Made by a program: the position numbers and the translations under genes
Notes under the pieces: generated by a model
Databases searched by the model: none
The model's input: only the letters and a program-made list of their open reading frames with translations
What the model was told of the DNA's origin: nothing
From: Thermodesulfobacteriota bacterium
Lineage (GTDB): Bacteria > Desulfobacterota > Desulfobulbia > Desulfobulbales > SURF-16
Direction: 5' to 3'
Assembly: GCA_040755455.1 (NCBI GenBank)
Contig: JBFMAY010000006.1
Location: 1 to 64,000 of the forward strand
Length of the DNA stretch: 64,000 nt
Shown: piece by piece, positions 10,146 to 20,695 of the stretch
Position numbering within the stretch: position 1 is the first letter of the stretch
How the letters are laid out: the number at the start of each line of letters is the position of its first letter

Positions 10146-11246
10146 ATGAAAATCTCTGTCAGCAAAAATATCGCAACCCTGGTGCCGTATCCTCCGGGAA
10201 AGCCGTTAAAAGAGCTGGAAAGGGAATATGGCATCAGTGACTCGATCAAGCTGGCCTCCAATGAGAATTGCCTGGGGCCCTCGCCCAAGGCGCTGGAGGC
10301 CATCCGCCAAAGTCTTGCCGATCTGCATCGCTATCCTGACGGCAGCTGCTATTATCTGGCCCAGGCCCTTGCCAATAAACTTGGGGTCAAGCCGCAGGAG
10401 CTGGTCTTCGGCAACGGCTCCAACGAGGTGATTGAAATGCTGGTCGGCGCCTTTGTCGGCCCTGGCGATGAGGTTATCACCAGCCATCCATCCTTTCTGG
10501 TCTACCAGACCATGGTGCAGGCCAGAAATGGCCTGAATGCCGTGGTTCCCTTGCAGAACATGGCCCATGATCTGGTGACGATCCTGACCACGGTCACGGC
10601 AAATACCAGGCTTATCTTTCTTGATAATCCCAATAATCCCACGGGCACGGTGTTCGGGGCAAGCGAATTTGAGGCCTTTCTCAGCGCCCTGCCGGAAACG
10701 GTGGTCGTGGTGCTGGATGAGGCCTATGTGGATTTTGTCGATCCTAGCTTGCGGCTTGATGTGCGGCGCTATATCCATAACCATGTGCCGGTGGTGGGCC
10801 TGCGCACCTTTTCCAAGGTCTACGGCCTTGCCGGCCTGCGGGTGGGATACGGCATCATGCACGAGGAGATTGCCGGCTACCTCCATCGGGTGCGCCAGCC
10901 GTTCAATGTCAACTCGCTTGCCCAGGTGGCGGCGGTTGCCGCCCTTGAAGACGATGACCATTATCAGCAGACCTTGGCCATGACCCGCGCAGGGATCAGC
11001 TGGTTGGCCCGGGAAATTGACAAGCTCGGCTGCAAGGCCTTTCCGACCCAGACAAATTTTTTTCTGGTTGATGCGGGGTGCGACTGCAAGGCGCTGTATG
11101 AGAAAATGCTGCGCCAGGGGGTTATTGTCCGTCCCATGAGCGCCTATGGCTATCCGACCTTTATCCGTATTACCGTTGGCACATCATCCGAAAATGAGAG
11201 GCTTGTCAAGAGCCTGGCGCAATGTTTAGGGGCCGTTAAGAAATAA
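10146..11246 (+). CDS. hisC: Histidinol-phosphate aminotransferase
   Basis: KLASNEN, NPNNPTG, DEAY, RTFSKVYGLAGLRVGY. Confidence 0.93.
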   Translation: MKISVSKNIATLVPYPPGKPLKELEREYGISDSIKLASNENCLGPSPKALEAIRQSLADLHRYPDGSCYYLAQALANKLGVKPQELVFGNGSNEVIEMLVGAFVGPGDEVITSHPSFLVYQTMVQARNGLNAVVPLQNMAHDLVTILTTVTANTRLIFLDNPNNPTGTVFGASEFEAFLSALPETVVVVLDEAYVDFVDPSLRLDVRRYIHNHVPVVGLRTFSKVYGLAGLRVGYGIMHEEIAGYLHRVRQPFNVNSLAQVAAVAALEDDDHYQQTLAMTRAGISWLAREIDKLGCKAFPTQTNFFLVDAGCDCKALYEKMLRQGVIVRPMSAYGYPTFIRITVGTSSENERLVKSLAQCLGAVKK

Positions 11247-11344
11247 CCATTGCTTTTCTAATCATTTCGGTACGGCCCCTTATGCCGTTTACCGCGTTTC
11301 AACGTTGGAGTTATTTTTGAACAATGGCTTAAAGGAGTTACGGG

Positions 11345-12061
11345 TTGGCGGAAAATGATATTATTACCATAGACGGCCCGTCGGGCAGCGGCAAAAGCAC
11401 CATCAGCCGTCTTGTCGCGGCAAGGCTTGGCTTCACCTATCTGGATACGGGGGCCATGTACCGGGCCGTCGGCTACAAGGCCAAAAAGCTTGGCATTGAT
11501 CTCACTGATGGTGCGTCCCTGGCCAAACTGCTTGAAAACATCGACTTGGTCCTTGCCCCGGGTGACGGGGATACCAGGGTTGTCCTTGATCAGGAAGATA
11601 TCAGCCTCGCCATTCGCACCGCGGAGATGGGGCTTGTTGCCTCAAAGGTTTCCGCCCAGCCGGTGGTGCGGGCAAAACTGACGGAAATGCAGCGGCGCAT
11701 GGGCGGGAAGGGAAAGGCGGTGGTCGAGGGACGGGATACCGGCACGGTGGTCTTCCCAGGGGCCAGATATAAATTTTTTCTTGACGCCAAACCTGAGGAA
11801 CGGGCCCGCCGGCGCTGCCAGCAGTTGCGTGAGAAGGGGATGGATGCTGATGAGCAAGAAATCCTTGTCCAGATCATCAGAAGAGACCAGGATGACAGTG
11901 ACCGGTCGCTGGCGCCGCTGAAACCGGCTGATGATGCCCTTATCGTCGACACCTCGGAGCTGACTATTGACGATGTTGTGGCGTTTATACTGGAAAAGGT
12001 TGAAAAAAAGCGGCAAAACGGCCAGAATGATTTTCAGGGAGTTGCAAAGATTCATTGTTAA
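11345..12061 (+). CDS. cmk: Cytidylate kinase
   Basis: IDGPSGSGKST, LDTGAMYR, EGRD.GTVVFP; TTG start after AGGAG. Confidence 0.94.
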   Translation: MAENDIITIDGPSGSGKSTISRLVAARLGFTYLDTGAMYRAVGYKAKKLGIDLTDGASLAKLLENIDLVLAPGDGDTRVVLDQEDISLAIRTAEMGLVASKVSAQPVVRAKLTEMQRRMGGKGKAVVEGRDTGTVVFPGARYKFFLDAKPEERARRRCQQLREKGMDADEQEILVQIIRRDQDDSDRSLAPLKPADDALIVDTSELTIDDVVAFILEKVEKKRQNGQNDFQGVAKIHC

Positions 12062-12080
12062 CCTTGCCGAGGGGGATCCT

Positions 12081-12425
12081 ATGACCAAATCGCGAGTTCT
12101 GAAACGGCGCCATCTGATATATTACCTGGAAGTGCATGATGTTGAGTCCGGAAATCTCCTGGGCCATCTGGTCGATATTACCACCCGGGGCATCAAGCTC
12201 GTCAGTAAAGAAAAAATTCCCCTCAACCGAACCTATATCCTGCAATTGCAATTGCCGGCCGGCTATTTTAAGGAAAGTGAGATTCACTTTGAAGGGAAGA
12301 CCCTCTGGTCTTCCAATGACGTCAACCCGGATTTTTTTGATACCGGCTTTGAGGTGACGAGTCTGTCCCTGGAAGAAAGAAAGATTTTGCGTAAGCTTAT
12401 CGAAGAATTAGGTTTTAATGATTAG
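12081..12425 (+). CDS. Stand-alone PilZ domain protein
   Basis: RxxxR (RVLKR) and D-I-T-x-x-G motifs; ~114 aa; ATG 12081 after GGGG. Confidence 0.75.
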   Translation: MTKSRVLKRRHLIYYLEVHDVESGNLLGHLVDITTRGIKLVSKEKIPLNRTYILQLQLPAGYFKESEIHFEGKTLWSSNDVNPDFFDTGFEVTSLSLEERKILRKLIEELGFND

Positions 12426-12715
12426 TAATACCGCCTGCAGGCGTCTTTTCCCGGCCCCAGATAACTCAACGGGCAAATCAATTCCCCTGTTTTTCGTCAT
12501 ATTCCCGTATCGTCTCTTACCCGCCGCAGGAGATGCGGCATGTTCTGCAGCGCTGCTCCCAGGCGCCTGGCTAATGCTCCAGCCCTCTTTTATGAACAAG
12601 GTGTTGCTGACAGATATGGCATGTGGCAAAGGGGTAAGAAGTAGGATTGCTGTGTGTCAGGGAATTAATTTTATAAAATCGATGATTATTTTCAAAAAGT
12701 CCGCTATTATTTCGA

Positions 12716-12730
12716 ATAGGAAATAACTAT
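12716..12730. promoter_or_regulatory. Putative LysR-type operator (T-N11-A palindrome ATAG-N7-CTAT)
   Basis: ATAGGAAATAACTAT ~40 bp upstream of the LysR gene. Confidence 0.5.
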
Positions 12731-12767
12731 AGCAATCACTCTCCCTATTGAAAGAGCCAGGACACGT

Positions 12768-13652
12768 ATGGATATTCATCAGCTGCGAATTTTCGCCTCC
12801 GTCTACCGCAACCGGAGTTTTTCCAAGGCTTCTGAGCAACTCTTCATCAGCCAGCCGACGATCAGTGAACATATCAAGAACCTGGAAAAATCACTCGGCT
12901 GTACCCTTTTTGACCGGCTGGGGAGAAAGATTGAACCGACCGGCGAGGCAGACCTCATTTTCCCTAAAGCCTTGCAGCTTATCGAAGACCTGGAAAGGAT
13001 TAATGACCTGGTGCTCAAGAGTTCCCAGCGGGTCAAGGGCAAGCTGTATATCGGGGCAAGCACCATCCCGGGGAATTACATGCTGCCTGTGCTGGCAGCC
13101 AATTTTCGTAATCAATATCCCGAGGTGTCCTTTGAAATCGTTATTGCCGACACCCGAAAAATCACGGATATGCTTGTCAGCCATGAATTTTTCCTGGGTA
13201 TTGTCGGGGCGAGCATGGAGCCGAAGATATTGAACTATGAGCCTTTTCTCGATGACGAACTGGTTTTTGCCGGCACACCGAAGTACATGGCAGATATGAG
13301 CAATAAACCGCTGAAAATCCATCAGGTTCCTTTTCTGCTGCGCGAGGAAGGTTCCGGCACCAGAAAAACCATGGAGGATTTCCTGCAAAAAATGCAGATC
13401 AACCTGAAAAAGATGAATGTCGTGGCGGTGCTGGGCTCCACCGATGCCATCAAGCATGCAATCAAGGCTGGACTGGGTACTTCCATTCTGTCCAGGCGGG
13501 CCATTGCCGAGGAGCTTGCCAATGGCTCATTGCTGGAAATAAAATTGGGGGAGGAGATGAAGCGTTCTTTTTATCTCGCCACCCACAAAAAAAGAACATT
13601 GCCGGCCCAATATAAGGCCTTTTATGATTTTCTCCTCGCCAGGGGCGAATAG
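12768..13652 (+). CDS. LysR-family regulator (CysL-like / selenium-metabolism-associated type)
   Basis: HTH SFSKASEQLFISQPTIS; GASTIPG, REEGSGTR, GSTDAIK. Confidence 0.88.
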   Translation: MDIHQLRIFASVYRNRSFSKASEQLFISQPTISEHIKNLEKSLGCTLFDRLGRKIEPTGEADLIFPKALQLIEDLERINDLVLKSSQRVKGKLYIGASTIPGNYMLPVLAANFRNQYPEVSFEIVIADTRKITDMLVSHEFFLGIVGASMEPKILNYEPFLDDELVFAGTPKYMADMSNKPLKIHQVPFLLREEGSGTRKTMEDFLQKMQINLKKMNVVAVLGSTDAIKHAIKAGLGTSILSRRAIAEELANGSLLEIKLGEEMKRSFYLATHKKRTLPAQYKAFYDFLLARGE

Positions 13653-13721
13653 CTGGCAACCCGCCGGCAATCACCCCTGCCGTTACCCGGTGGCGTCCGT
13701 TATTGCAGGGCGCCAATAGCC

Positions 13722-14417
13722 CTAAACCATCTTGGGCCGCGACCAGTCATTGTGTTCAAATTGGCTGTGATCAGGTTTGGGCGGTTTGGCTTCACCAAGC
13801 CGCTGCTTGAGCCAGATCAGCACCTTGTTAAACTCAGAGACCAATTCCCCTAATGCTTTGCCGCGGTGGCTGATGCTGTTTTTTTCCGCCATATCGGCTT
13901 CGGCAAAGGTCTTGCCAAATCCCGGATAATAGAAAACCGGATCATAGCCAAAGCCCCCCTCACCCCGCGGCTCGCTGATGATTTCCCCTTCACAGCGGCC
14001 TTCATAGGTGAGCGCCGGGCCGGAAGGTGCGGCAATGGAAATAACGCATTCAAAGGCTGCCCTGCGGTCAGTCTTGCCCGCAAGTTCTTTGAGGAGCTTT
14101 TGGATATTGTCCTGGTCAGTGGCGTTTTCCCCGGCGTAACGGGCTGAATGAACGCCGGGCGCGCCACCCAGGGCTTCGACCACAAGGCCTGAATCATCGG
14201 CTATGGCCGGGATGCCAAGGGCCTTTGCCGTAAATGACGCCTTTTTGTAGGCATTATCATCAAAGGTCAGGCCATCTTCCACAACTTCCGGGATGGGGCC
14301 AAAATCCTGCAAATTCTTTATCTCAACGGGGAAATTCTTCAGGATTTCCTGCAATTCCTTTAACTTTCCCTTGTTTCTGGTGGCGAGAACGATGGTTATT
14401 TTGGGCTGGGCAGCCAT
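13722..14417 (-). CDS. rdgB: XTP/dITP diphosphatase (Ham1 family)
   Basis: ATRNKGK, ADDSGL, GVHSARY, GFGYDP, KNSISHR. Confidence 0.93.
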   Translation of the reverse strand: MAAQPKITIVLATRNKGKLKELQEILKNFPVEIKNLQDFGPIPEVVEDGLTFDDNAYKKASFTAKALGIPAIADDSGLVVEALGGAPGVHSARYAGENATDQDNIQKLLKELAGKTDRRAAFECVISIAAPSGPALTYEGRCEGEIISEPRGEGGFGYDPVFYYPGFGKTFAEADMAEKNSISHRGKALGELVSEFNKVLIWLKQRLGEAKPPKPDHSQFEHNDWSRPKMV

Positions 14418-14630
14418 AATTACTCTCCTGCATGGTATTTTAGCAATATCTTAATAACGGGTGGTGATTTTTAAACTGTTCCGGGCCTGAAGTCAATAAG
14501 GCAAATGCGGCTGAGGACTTTCATCGCCTGCAGCCGGAAGAAAAAATGAAGAGAACAGCCACCCGGACAAAGCTGCCGGGCGGCGGCGTAAAAGAGAAGT
14601 TGCGCGGGGAAAGGAAAATTCAGCCGCCGG

Positions 14631-15242
14631 CTATTGCAGGGCGTCATAAACCTTGCCAACGAGGCCGGCGGAAGGGGTAAGCGTTTTTCCTCCCTCCTGC
14701 CAGTTGGCGGGACATGCCTGTTCAGGATGTTTTGCCACATAGATGCTGGCCTTGAGTTTGCGCAGTGTTTCCGCGGCACTGCGGCCAACGTTGTAATAAT
14801 TCACCTCAGAGGCCACAATCACGCCATCCGGGTTGATGATAAAGGTCCCGCGCAGGGCAAGTCCTGTAGCATAATCGTAAACGTCAAACATTTTCGAGAC
14901 ATTGCCCGTCGGGTCGGCAGCCATGATGTACTTTGCCTTCTCAAGGGATTTTTCCTCCCTTTTCCAGGCAAGATGGGTGAACTGGGTGTCGGTGCTTACG
15001 GTAATGAGTTCAGCGCCGGCGGCCTTGAATTCTTCATATTTATTGGCAAAGTCGGCAAGCTCGGTGGAGCAGACAAAGGTGAAATCCGCAGGATAAAAAA
15101 CCAGGACCGTCCATTTTCCTTGTTTTTTCAGCTGTTCAAGAGAGATCTGCCCAAAAGAAAAGTCGGTTGGAATGTATGTTTCCATGGAGAAATTTTCCAC
15201 TTGCTGGCCAACTTTTACCGGTTTAATACAGGGATGTTCCAT
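14631..15242 (-). CDS. ahpC: 2-Cys peroxiredoxin (AhpC/Prx1)
   Basis: YPADFTFVC (peroxidatic Cys, TGC codon) and resolving ACPANW. Confidence 0.9.
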   Translation of the reverse strand: MEHPCIKPVKVGQQVENFSMETYIPTDFSFGQISLEQLKKQGKWTVLVFYPADFTFVCSTELADFANKYEEFKAAGAELITVSTDTQFTHLAWKREEKSLEKAKYIMAADPTGNVSKMFDVYDYATGLALRGTFIINPDGVIVASEVNYYNVGRSAAETLRKLKASIYVAKHPEQACPANWQEGGKTLTPSAGLVGKVYDALQ

Positions 15243-15299
15243 TTTTTGTCCTCCAAAGGTGATGGTCGCGGAAATAAATTTAATAATAGATAATATTAA

Positions 15300-15388
15300 T
15301 TACTAAAAATTAGTAAAGTGATAATTCAAAATTTTCTTTTTCATGGTATCATACCGGCCTTGACAGTTGTGATTCTCATTACTTAAAT
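15300..15388. promoter_or_regulatory. Divergent promoter region with palindrome TTACTAA-N3-TTAGTAA, TTGACA (15360) and a Fur-like box
   Basis: Perfect 7-bp inverted repeat at 15300-15316; TTGACA-N17-TTAAAT; TGATTCTCATTA resembles a Fur-family box. Confidence 0.45.
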
Positions 15389-15395
15389 GGTTTGT

Positions 15396-15919
15396 ATGAA
15401 TAGGAAAAAATAAAAATAGTCCTGACCGGCTAGCGGGCCACCGGCAAAACAGCAGTTGGCCGCCAGTTGGCCGACCGATTAAGCTTTTCTTTTGTCGATA
15501 CTGACCGGAAAGAGAAAAACAGCAGGGCAGAAGCACCAGCGAAATGGTGGCGGAACATGGCTGGAATTATTTCCGCGCGGCGGAGCGTGATTTTCTGGCC
15601 ACCCTGCCGCCCCCGGGCGGGGGCGGCCATTCAGCACCCGGAGGTGTGGGAAAAACTGATGGAAACCGCCCTGGACCTCCGACTGCAGGCGGATGTGCCT
15701 GCATATAAGCGGCCGTTTAGTCGGCAACGGTTTGGCAGCAAGCCAACGTCCTTCTCTTACCGGAGAAGATATGATAAAAGAGATAACGACCGTGCTGGCG
15801 GAAAGGGAACCGCTCCACCGGCAAGGGCCTCATCATGCAGTCTGCCTCATAGGCCGGGCAGGGAGGTTGCTGAGGAGATGCTGACGCTGTGGGCGGCATG
15901 CCGGGAAAAAATAAAATGA
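15396..15919 (+). pseudogene. aroK: Shikimate kinase pseudogene
   Basis: KIVLTG*RATGKTAVGRQLADRLSFSFVDTD with TAG at 15431 inside the P-loop; MVAEHGWNYFRAAERD, GAAIQH and QRPSLTG..EREPL blocks in shifting frames; directly upstream of aroC. Confidence 0.8.
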
Positions 15920-15986
15920 CAAGAACATGATGAATCAACGGTAATTGATAAAATTAATTTCCGGCAGGTCCGGATGAGGAGAAATT

Positions 15987-17072
15987 ATGGCAGGAAACAC
16001 TTTTGGCCAGGTTTTCCGGGTTACCACCTGGGGTGAATCCCACGGAACGGCTATCGGGGCGACAATTGACGGCTGTCCGCCCGGCATTCCGCTGACAACC
16101 GAACATATTCAGGCGGATCTGGACCGGAGACGTCCGGGCACCGGCGGGGCGACCAGCCCGCGCAAGGAACCGGACAGGGTTGAGATACTGTCGGGAATTT
16201 TTGAAGGCTGCACAACCGGCACCCCGCTTACCTTGGTTATCTATAACCAGGATGCCCATAGTAAATCCTATGATCATTTGAAAGATATTTTCCGGCCTGG
16301 GCATGGAGATTATTCCTATCTGATGAAATACGGCATCCGGGACTACCGTGGAGGCGGCCGGGCCTCGGCACGGGAGACGGCGGCCAGGGTCGCGGCCGGA
16401 GCAGTGGCCAGAAGGATGCTGTCATTTCATGATATCGAGGTGCTCGCCTATACCCTTTCTCTTGGGGGCATTGATGCGGTCAATATCGACTTTGACTCAG
16501 TCTGGGAAAATCGGCTCTTCTGTCCTGATAACGAGGCCGCCGCCCGCATGGAGGAAAGGATTGAAGCCGTGAAGAAGGAAGGAGATTCCCTGGGGGGCAT
16601 TGTCGGCATCATTGCCACAGGCTGTCCGGCCGGTCTTGGCGAGCCGGTGTTCAACAAGCTTGATGCCGACCTGGCCGGTGCTCTCATGTCCATCGGCGCG
16701 GTAAAAGGGGTGGAGATCGGTTCCGGTTTCATGGCGGCGCGCCTGACCGGTTCGCAAAACAACGATGCCCTGACGCCGGAGGGTTTCAGCTCCAACAACT
16801 CCGGCGGTATTCTTGCCGGCATATCAAACGGCGAACCAATTGTCGCCCGGGTTGCGGTGAAACCTATTCCGTCCATTGCCAAGCCCCAGAAAACGGTAAA
16901 CCTGGATAACGAGCCTGTTGAAATAAAAATCGGCGGACGGCACGATATCAGCGCCATCCCCCGGATTATTCCTGTCTGCGAGGCCATGGTCTGCCTGACC
17001 CTGGCTGATCATCTTCTGCGCCTGCAGACCCTTGAATGGACGCCTGAATCATTGGAGATGGATGAGATATGA
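15987..17072 (+). CDS. aroC: Chorismate synthase
   Basis: [36 protein letters not shown]. Confidence 0.96.
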   Translation: MAGNTFGQVFRVTTWGESHGTAIGATIDGCPPGIPLTTEHIQADLDRRRPGTGGATSPRKEPDRVEILSGIFEGCTTGTPLTLVIYNQDAHSKSYDHLKDIFRPGHGDYSYLMKYGIRDYRGGGRASARETAARVAAGAVARRMLSFHDIEVLAYTLSLGGIDAVNIDFDSVWENRLFCPDNEAAARMEERIEAVKKEGDSLGGIVGIIATGCPAGLGEPVFNKLDADLAGALMSIGAVKGVEIGSGFMAARLTGSQNNDALTPEGFSSNNSGGILAGISNGEPIVARVAVKPIPSIAKPQKTVNLDNEPVEIKIGGRHDISAIPRIIPVCEAMVCLTLADHLLRLQTLEWTPESLEMDEI

Positions 17073-18670
17073 GCACGGAAAAGCAAAAGAAGATTGAAGA
17101 TATCTGGATCATCACCAGGGAATATGACGGACTGGCCGGCGCCGGCGGGGTGAAGGACGTCTGCCGCCAGCTTGCCGAAGCCCTGGCCAAAAAAGCCGAT
17201 GTCTCCGTCATGCTGCCCATGTATGGATTTATCAATGCCGAATCCCTGGGTTTCAAACCGCACCATGCCTTTCTGGTGGACATGAACTATGTCGGGGTGG
17301 AGCGGCGGGAAGAGGTCCATATCTGGGAACGAAAGCACAAGGAGGGCAAAAAGAGTCTGACCATCTACCTGGTTGATGCGGAGCGATACCGTGACAAGAG
17401 GGCGGTTTACACCTATACGGCCGAGGATGAGGCGGAAAATTCCGTTCATGTCAGCGGCAGCGGCCATTATGATTATTTTGCCATGAATGTCCTTTTGCAG
17501 AAAACGGCGCTTAATCTCATGCTCTACAAGGGGAAACGGCCCGATATCATTCACTGTCACGACGGGCATGCCGCCCTGCTGCCGGTGATGGCCAGAGAAA
17601 TTGAGGGCATCCGCCATTTTTTCAGAAAAACCGGGATGGTGGTCACCATGCATAACGCCGGCCTCGGCTATCATCAGGATGTGGACGACCTGCCGTTTGC
17701 CAAGGCCATTACCCGCCTGCCTTCCACCATTATCGGCAAGAATCAGCTCAACGGCCGGTTTAATCCGTTTCTCGCCTCGGCCCCCTATGTGGTCATGAAC
17801 ACCGTCAGTGAAAATTATGCCCGGGAATTACGGGAAACCGCGGATGATGAAATGACAGGCTGGCTGGGGCATACGCTGGCCAGCAGGGGTGTGATGCTGC
17901 AGGGCGTGACAAACGGCATCAATCCTGAGGACTTTAATCCCGAGGATGCGGAAAAGCAGGGTATTGCCGCCTCCTATTCTCCGGGCAAGGGGGATCTGGC
18001 CGGCAAAAGGGAATGCCGCCGGGAGCTGGTCAATATGATCCGCTTGGGGGAACTTGCCGGTGTCCGGGCCAGCGGCACATTAACGGATGAACTGGAGCTG
18101 CCGCTTTTCACCCTCATCGGCCGTCTGACCGCGCAGAAAGGGGTGGACAAACTGGTGGGTGCCCTGAAAACCCTGCTTCCCGCGGATGACGGGTTCCAGG
18201 TGCTGGTCCTCGGCACCGGCGCCCGCGAGATTGAAAGTGACCTGGTCGAGCTCGCCGAGGTCAAAGAGAACCAGGGCAGGATCTGTATCCTGCGCGGCTT
18301 TGACCAGCAGCTGGCCAACAAGGTCTACGCTGCCGGGGATTTTTTTCTTATCCCCTCCAGGTATGAGCCCTGCGGTCTGACCGATTATATTGCCCAGCTT
18401 TTCGGCAATCTGCCCATTGTCCATCATGTCGGCGGGCTGGTTAAGGTGGAGGACGGCAAAACCGGTTTTGCCTACCATGAGCCTACTTCCGTAGCTCTTG
18501 CGGAAACGATGCAGAAGGCGTTGCAGATGTTTCGCCGGCATCCGGAACGCATCAGGGCCATGCAGCGGGAAAGTGTAAAAGTCATCCATAATTCCTACAC
18601 GTGGGATAAAATTGTGCTACGATATATGCAGCTTTATCAGGAGGCGCTTAAGCTTTGCAGCGAGCCATGA
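17069..18670 (+). CDS. glgA: Glycogen synthase (GT5)
   Basis: AGGVKDV (KxGGLxDV-like), [32 protein letters not shown] overlap with aroC. Confidence 0.85.
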   Translation: MSTEKQKKIEDIWIITREYDGLAGAGGVKDVCRQLAEALAKKADVSVMLPMYGFINAESLGFKPHHAFLVDMNYVGVERREEVHIWERKHKEGKKSLTIYLVDAERYRDKRAVYTYTAEDEAENSVHVSGSGHYDYFAMNVLLQKTALNLMLYKGKRPDIIHCHDGHAALLPVMAREIEGIRHFFRKTGMVVTMHNAGLGYHQDVDDLPFAKAITRLPSTIIGKNQLNGRFNPFLASAPYVVMNTVSENYARELRETADDEMTGWLGHTLASRGVMLQGVTNGINPEDFNPEDAEKQGIAASYSPGKGDLAGKRECRRELVNMIRLGELAGVRASGTLTDELELPLFTLIGRLTAQKGVDKLVGALKTLLPADDGFQVLVLGTGAREIESDLVELAEVKENQGRICILRGFDQQLANKVYAAGDFFLIPSRYEPCGLTDYIAQLFGNLPIVHHVGGLVKVEDGKTGFAYHEPTSVALAETMQKALQMFRRHPERIRAMQRESVKVIHNSYTWDKIVLRYMQLYQEALKLCSEP

Positions 18671-19506
18671 TTGAAGGCGATAGCCAGCCAGGACAGGAGC
18701 GGAATCAGTGGTTTGCCCGCCGGCGCGATTTCTTTTTCACCAGTATGCTGAAGGGGTTTTACCGGACGGCCAGCGGCTTTTTAAAGATTTATCAGGATTA
18801 TCCCAACACGGGAACTGTCCCCTATGCTGAGATTGACAAACTGGTCGGCACGGAGAACAGGAAAGGCTGCCTGTGGAGTTTGAAGGATGACTGTCATCAG
18901 CTGTGGAGAAATGGTGACTCCGCCTTTGATTTGCATGGTTCTCTGCTTGACTGGATTATCGGCTCCATTTTTCATGAGGCGATGAAACTCAAGGAAAACA
19001 TCTATCTCTTTGAGTTTTACGCCCCGCTGGCCCATGACATGAAGGGAGAGTGGCGTCAGGAAATTCAGCTCTTCTGCGGGGTGGAATGCCGGTGCTTCAT
19101 GGAGCGAATTTCCCATGAGGTGGACCGGCAGATGGAGAGCCTGGGGTTTATGTTCGGCAGGGCAATTTATCTGTTGCGCACCATGCTTCCCTCCCAGGCG
19201 AACAACCTCCTGCTGCTCAGGTATCTCATCGAACACCATGATGTGGTCAGCGAGCTGTGGTCCGAGTCGCTGGATGAAATCTTCAAAGACATGTTCGACG
19301 GCGTCCCGGAAAGCGGCTACTGCTTTGCAGCGCAAAGCTATTTTGATGGAAACTGGTATGAAAAAGCTTTGGCGGCGTATCAGGAAGCCTTGCGTATCAA
19401 TAAGCACTGCGACGAGGCAATTCGTCGGACGTGTCAGCTGGAGGCGATACTGAATAAGGCGGAAGAGAAGCAAAAGGATAATTCCCGGAGAACACAGCTA
19501 CTGTAA
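18667..19506 (+). CDS. Conserved hypothetical protein with C-terminal TPR-like repeat
   Basis: Long ORF coupled to glgA by ATGA; AQSYF..WYEKALAAYQEALRIN TPR-like segment. Confidence 0.7.
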   Translation: MIEGDSQPGQERNQWFARRRDFFFTSMLKGFYRTASGFLKIYQDYPNTGTVPYAEIDKLVGTENRKGCLWSLKDDCHQLWRNGDSAFDLHGSLLDWIIGSIFHEAMKLKENIYLFEFYAPLAHDMKGEWRQEIQLFCGVECRCFMERISHEVDRQMESLGFMFGRAIYLLRTMLPSQANNLLLLRYLIEHHDVVSELWSESLDEIFKDMFDGVPESGYCFAAQSYFDGNWYEKALAAYQEALRINKHCDEAIRRTCQLEAILNKAEEKQKDNSRRTQLL

Positions 19507-19524
19507 TATTTTTTAGGAGGCGGC

Positions 19525-20529
19525 ATGACGGTAAAAATCGGTATTAACGGGTTTGGCAGGATCGGCAGAAGCATTTTCAGGGCCCTGAGCAAGGATGAGG
19601 CATTCAAGGATATTGAGGTGGTGGCCATTAATGACCTCACCAACCACGAGACCCTGGCCCATCTGCTCAAGTATGACTCTATCATGGGTGTTTATGAAAA
19701 AGATGTGCATGTGTCGGCCAAAGGTCTGACGGTTGACGGCAAAGAGGTGGCGATTTTCAATCACCGGAATCCGGCTGATATTCCATGGGGCGATATGGGG
19801 GCCGATTACGTGGTCGAATCCACCGGGCTCTTTACCGATGGCGAGAAGGCCAGCGCCCATATGGACGGCGGGGCCAAGAAGGTGGTCATTTCCGCCCCGG
19901 CCAAGGGAAACGTCAAAACCATTGTCATGGGCGTCAATGAACATGAGTATGATCCCAGCCAGCACCACATTCTTTCCAACGCCTCCTGTACCACCAATTG
20001 CCTCGCCCCCTTTGCCAAGATTATCATGGATCGTTTCGGCATCAAAAAAGGCTTGATGACAACCGTGCATTCCTATACCAATGATCAGCGCATTCTTGAT
20101 TTCCCGCACAGCGATCTGCGCAGGGCCAGGGCCGCGGCATTGTCGATGATCCCGACCAAAACCGGCGCTGCCGCCGCGGTCTCCCTGGTCATTCCAGAAC
20201 TGAAAGGGAAATTTGACGGTCTGGCGGTGCGGGTGCCCACCCCCAATGTCTCGCTGGTGGATGCGGTCATGGAGGTGGAGAGGGAAACAACGGTTTCTGA
20301 GGTCAATCAGGCCCTGAAGGAAGGCAGCAATCGTTTTCTCGGTTATTCCGAGGAACCGCTGGTGTCCATTGATTACCAGGGCAATCCCCACTCCTCGGTG
20401 GTTGACGCCATATCAACCAAGGTAATCGGCAATATGGTCAAGGTGCTCAGCTGGTACGATAATGAATGGGGCTATTCCAATCGGGTCCTTGACCTGATTC
20501 TGCTCATGGAGAACCAGAAGGCTTTGTAG
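19525..20529 (+). CDS. gap: Type I glyceraldehyde-3-phosphate dehydrogenase
   Basis: GINGFGRIGR, SNASCTTNC, SWYDNEWGYS. Confidence 0.97.
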   Translation: MTVKIGINGFGRIGRSIFRALSKDEAFKDIEVVAINDLTNHETLAHLLKYDSIMGVYEKDVHVSAKGLTVDGKEVAIFNHRNPADIPWGDMGADYVVESTGLFTDGEKASAHMDGGAKKVVISAPAKGNVKTIVMGVNEHEYDPSQHHILSNASCTTNCLAPFAKIIMDRFGIKKGLMTTVHSYTNDQRILDFPHSDLRRARAAALSMIPTKTGAAAAVSLVIPELKGKFDGLAVRVPTPNVSLVDAVMEVERETTVSEVNQALKEGSNRFLGYSEEPLVSIDYQGNPHSSVVDAISTKVIGNMVKVLSWYDNEWGYSNRVLDLILLMENQKAL

Positions 20530-20695
20530 CTAGCTGGCCAAAGTTTTTCTTTTCTGGTAATTACAGAAACTGACCCCGCGGGGCTGATGTCTTGGCGGTT
20601 TTCCGGTCATCGGCCCCGGGAGTATGAATAGCAATACCTCTCCGCATCCAGCATGCCTTTCTATGGATTTTTAATTCTCAACACCGATTCCTTCT

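Noticed and set aside
14631..15242. Possible selenocysteine peroxiredoxin, given the nearby selenium-type LysR
   Set aside because: The peroxidatic codon is TGC (Cys) and there is no in-frame TGA
15431..15433. In-frame TAG as possible pyrrolysine or readthrough
   Set aside because: Additional frameshifts downstream indicate decay, not recoding
20576..20620. Inverted repeat GGGGCTGATG/CATCGGCCCC after gap
   Set aside because: Imperfect, with no U-tract and no second copy seen; not enough to call a terminator or REP
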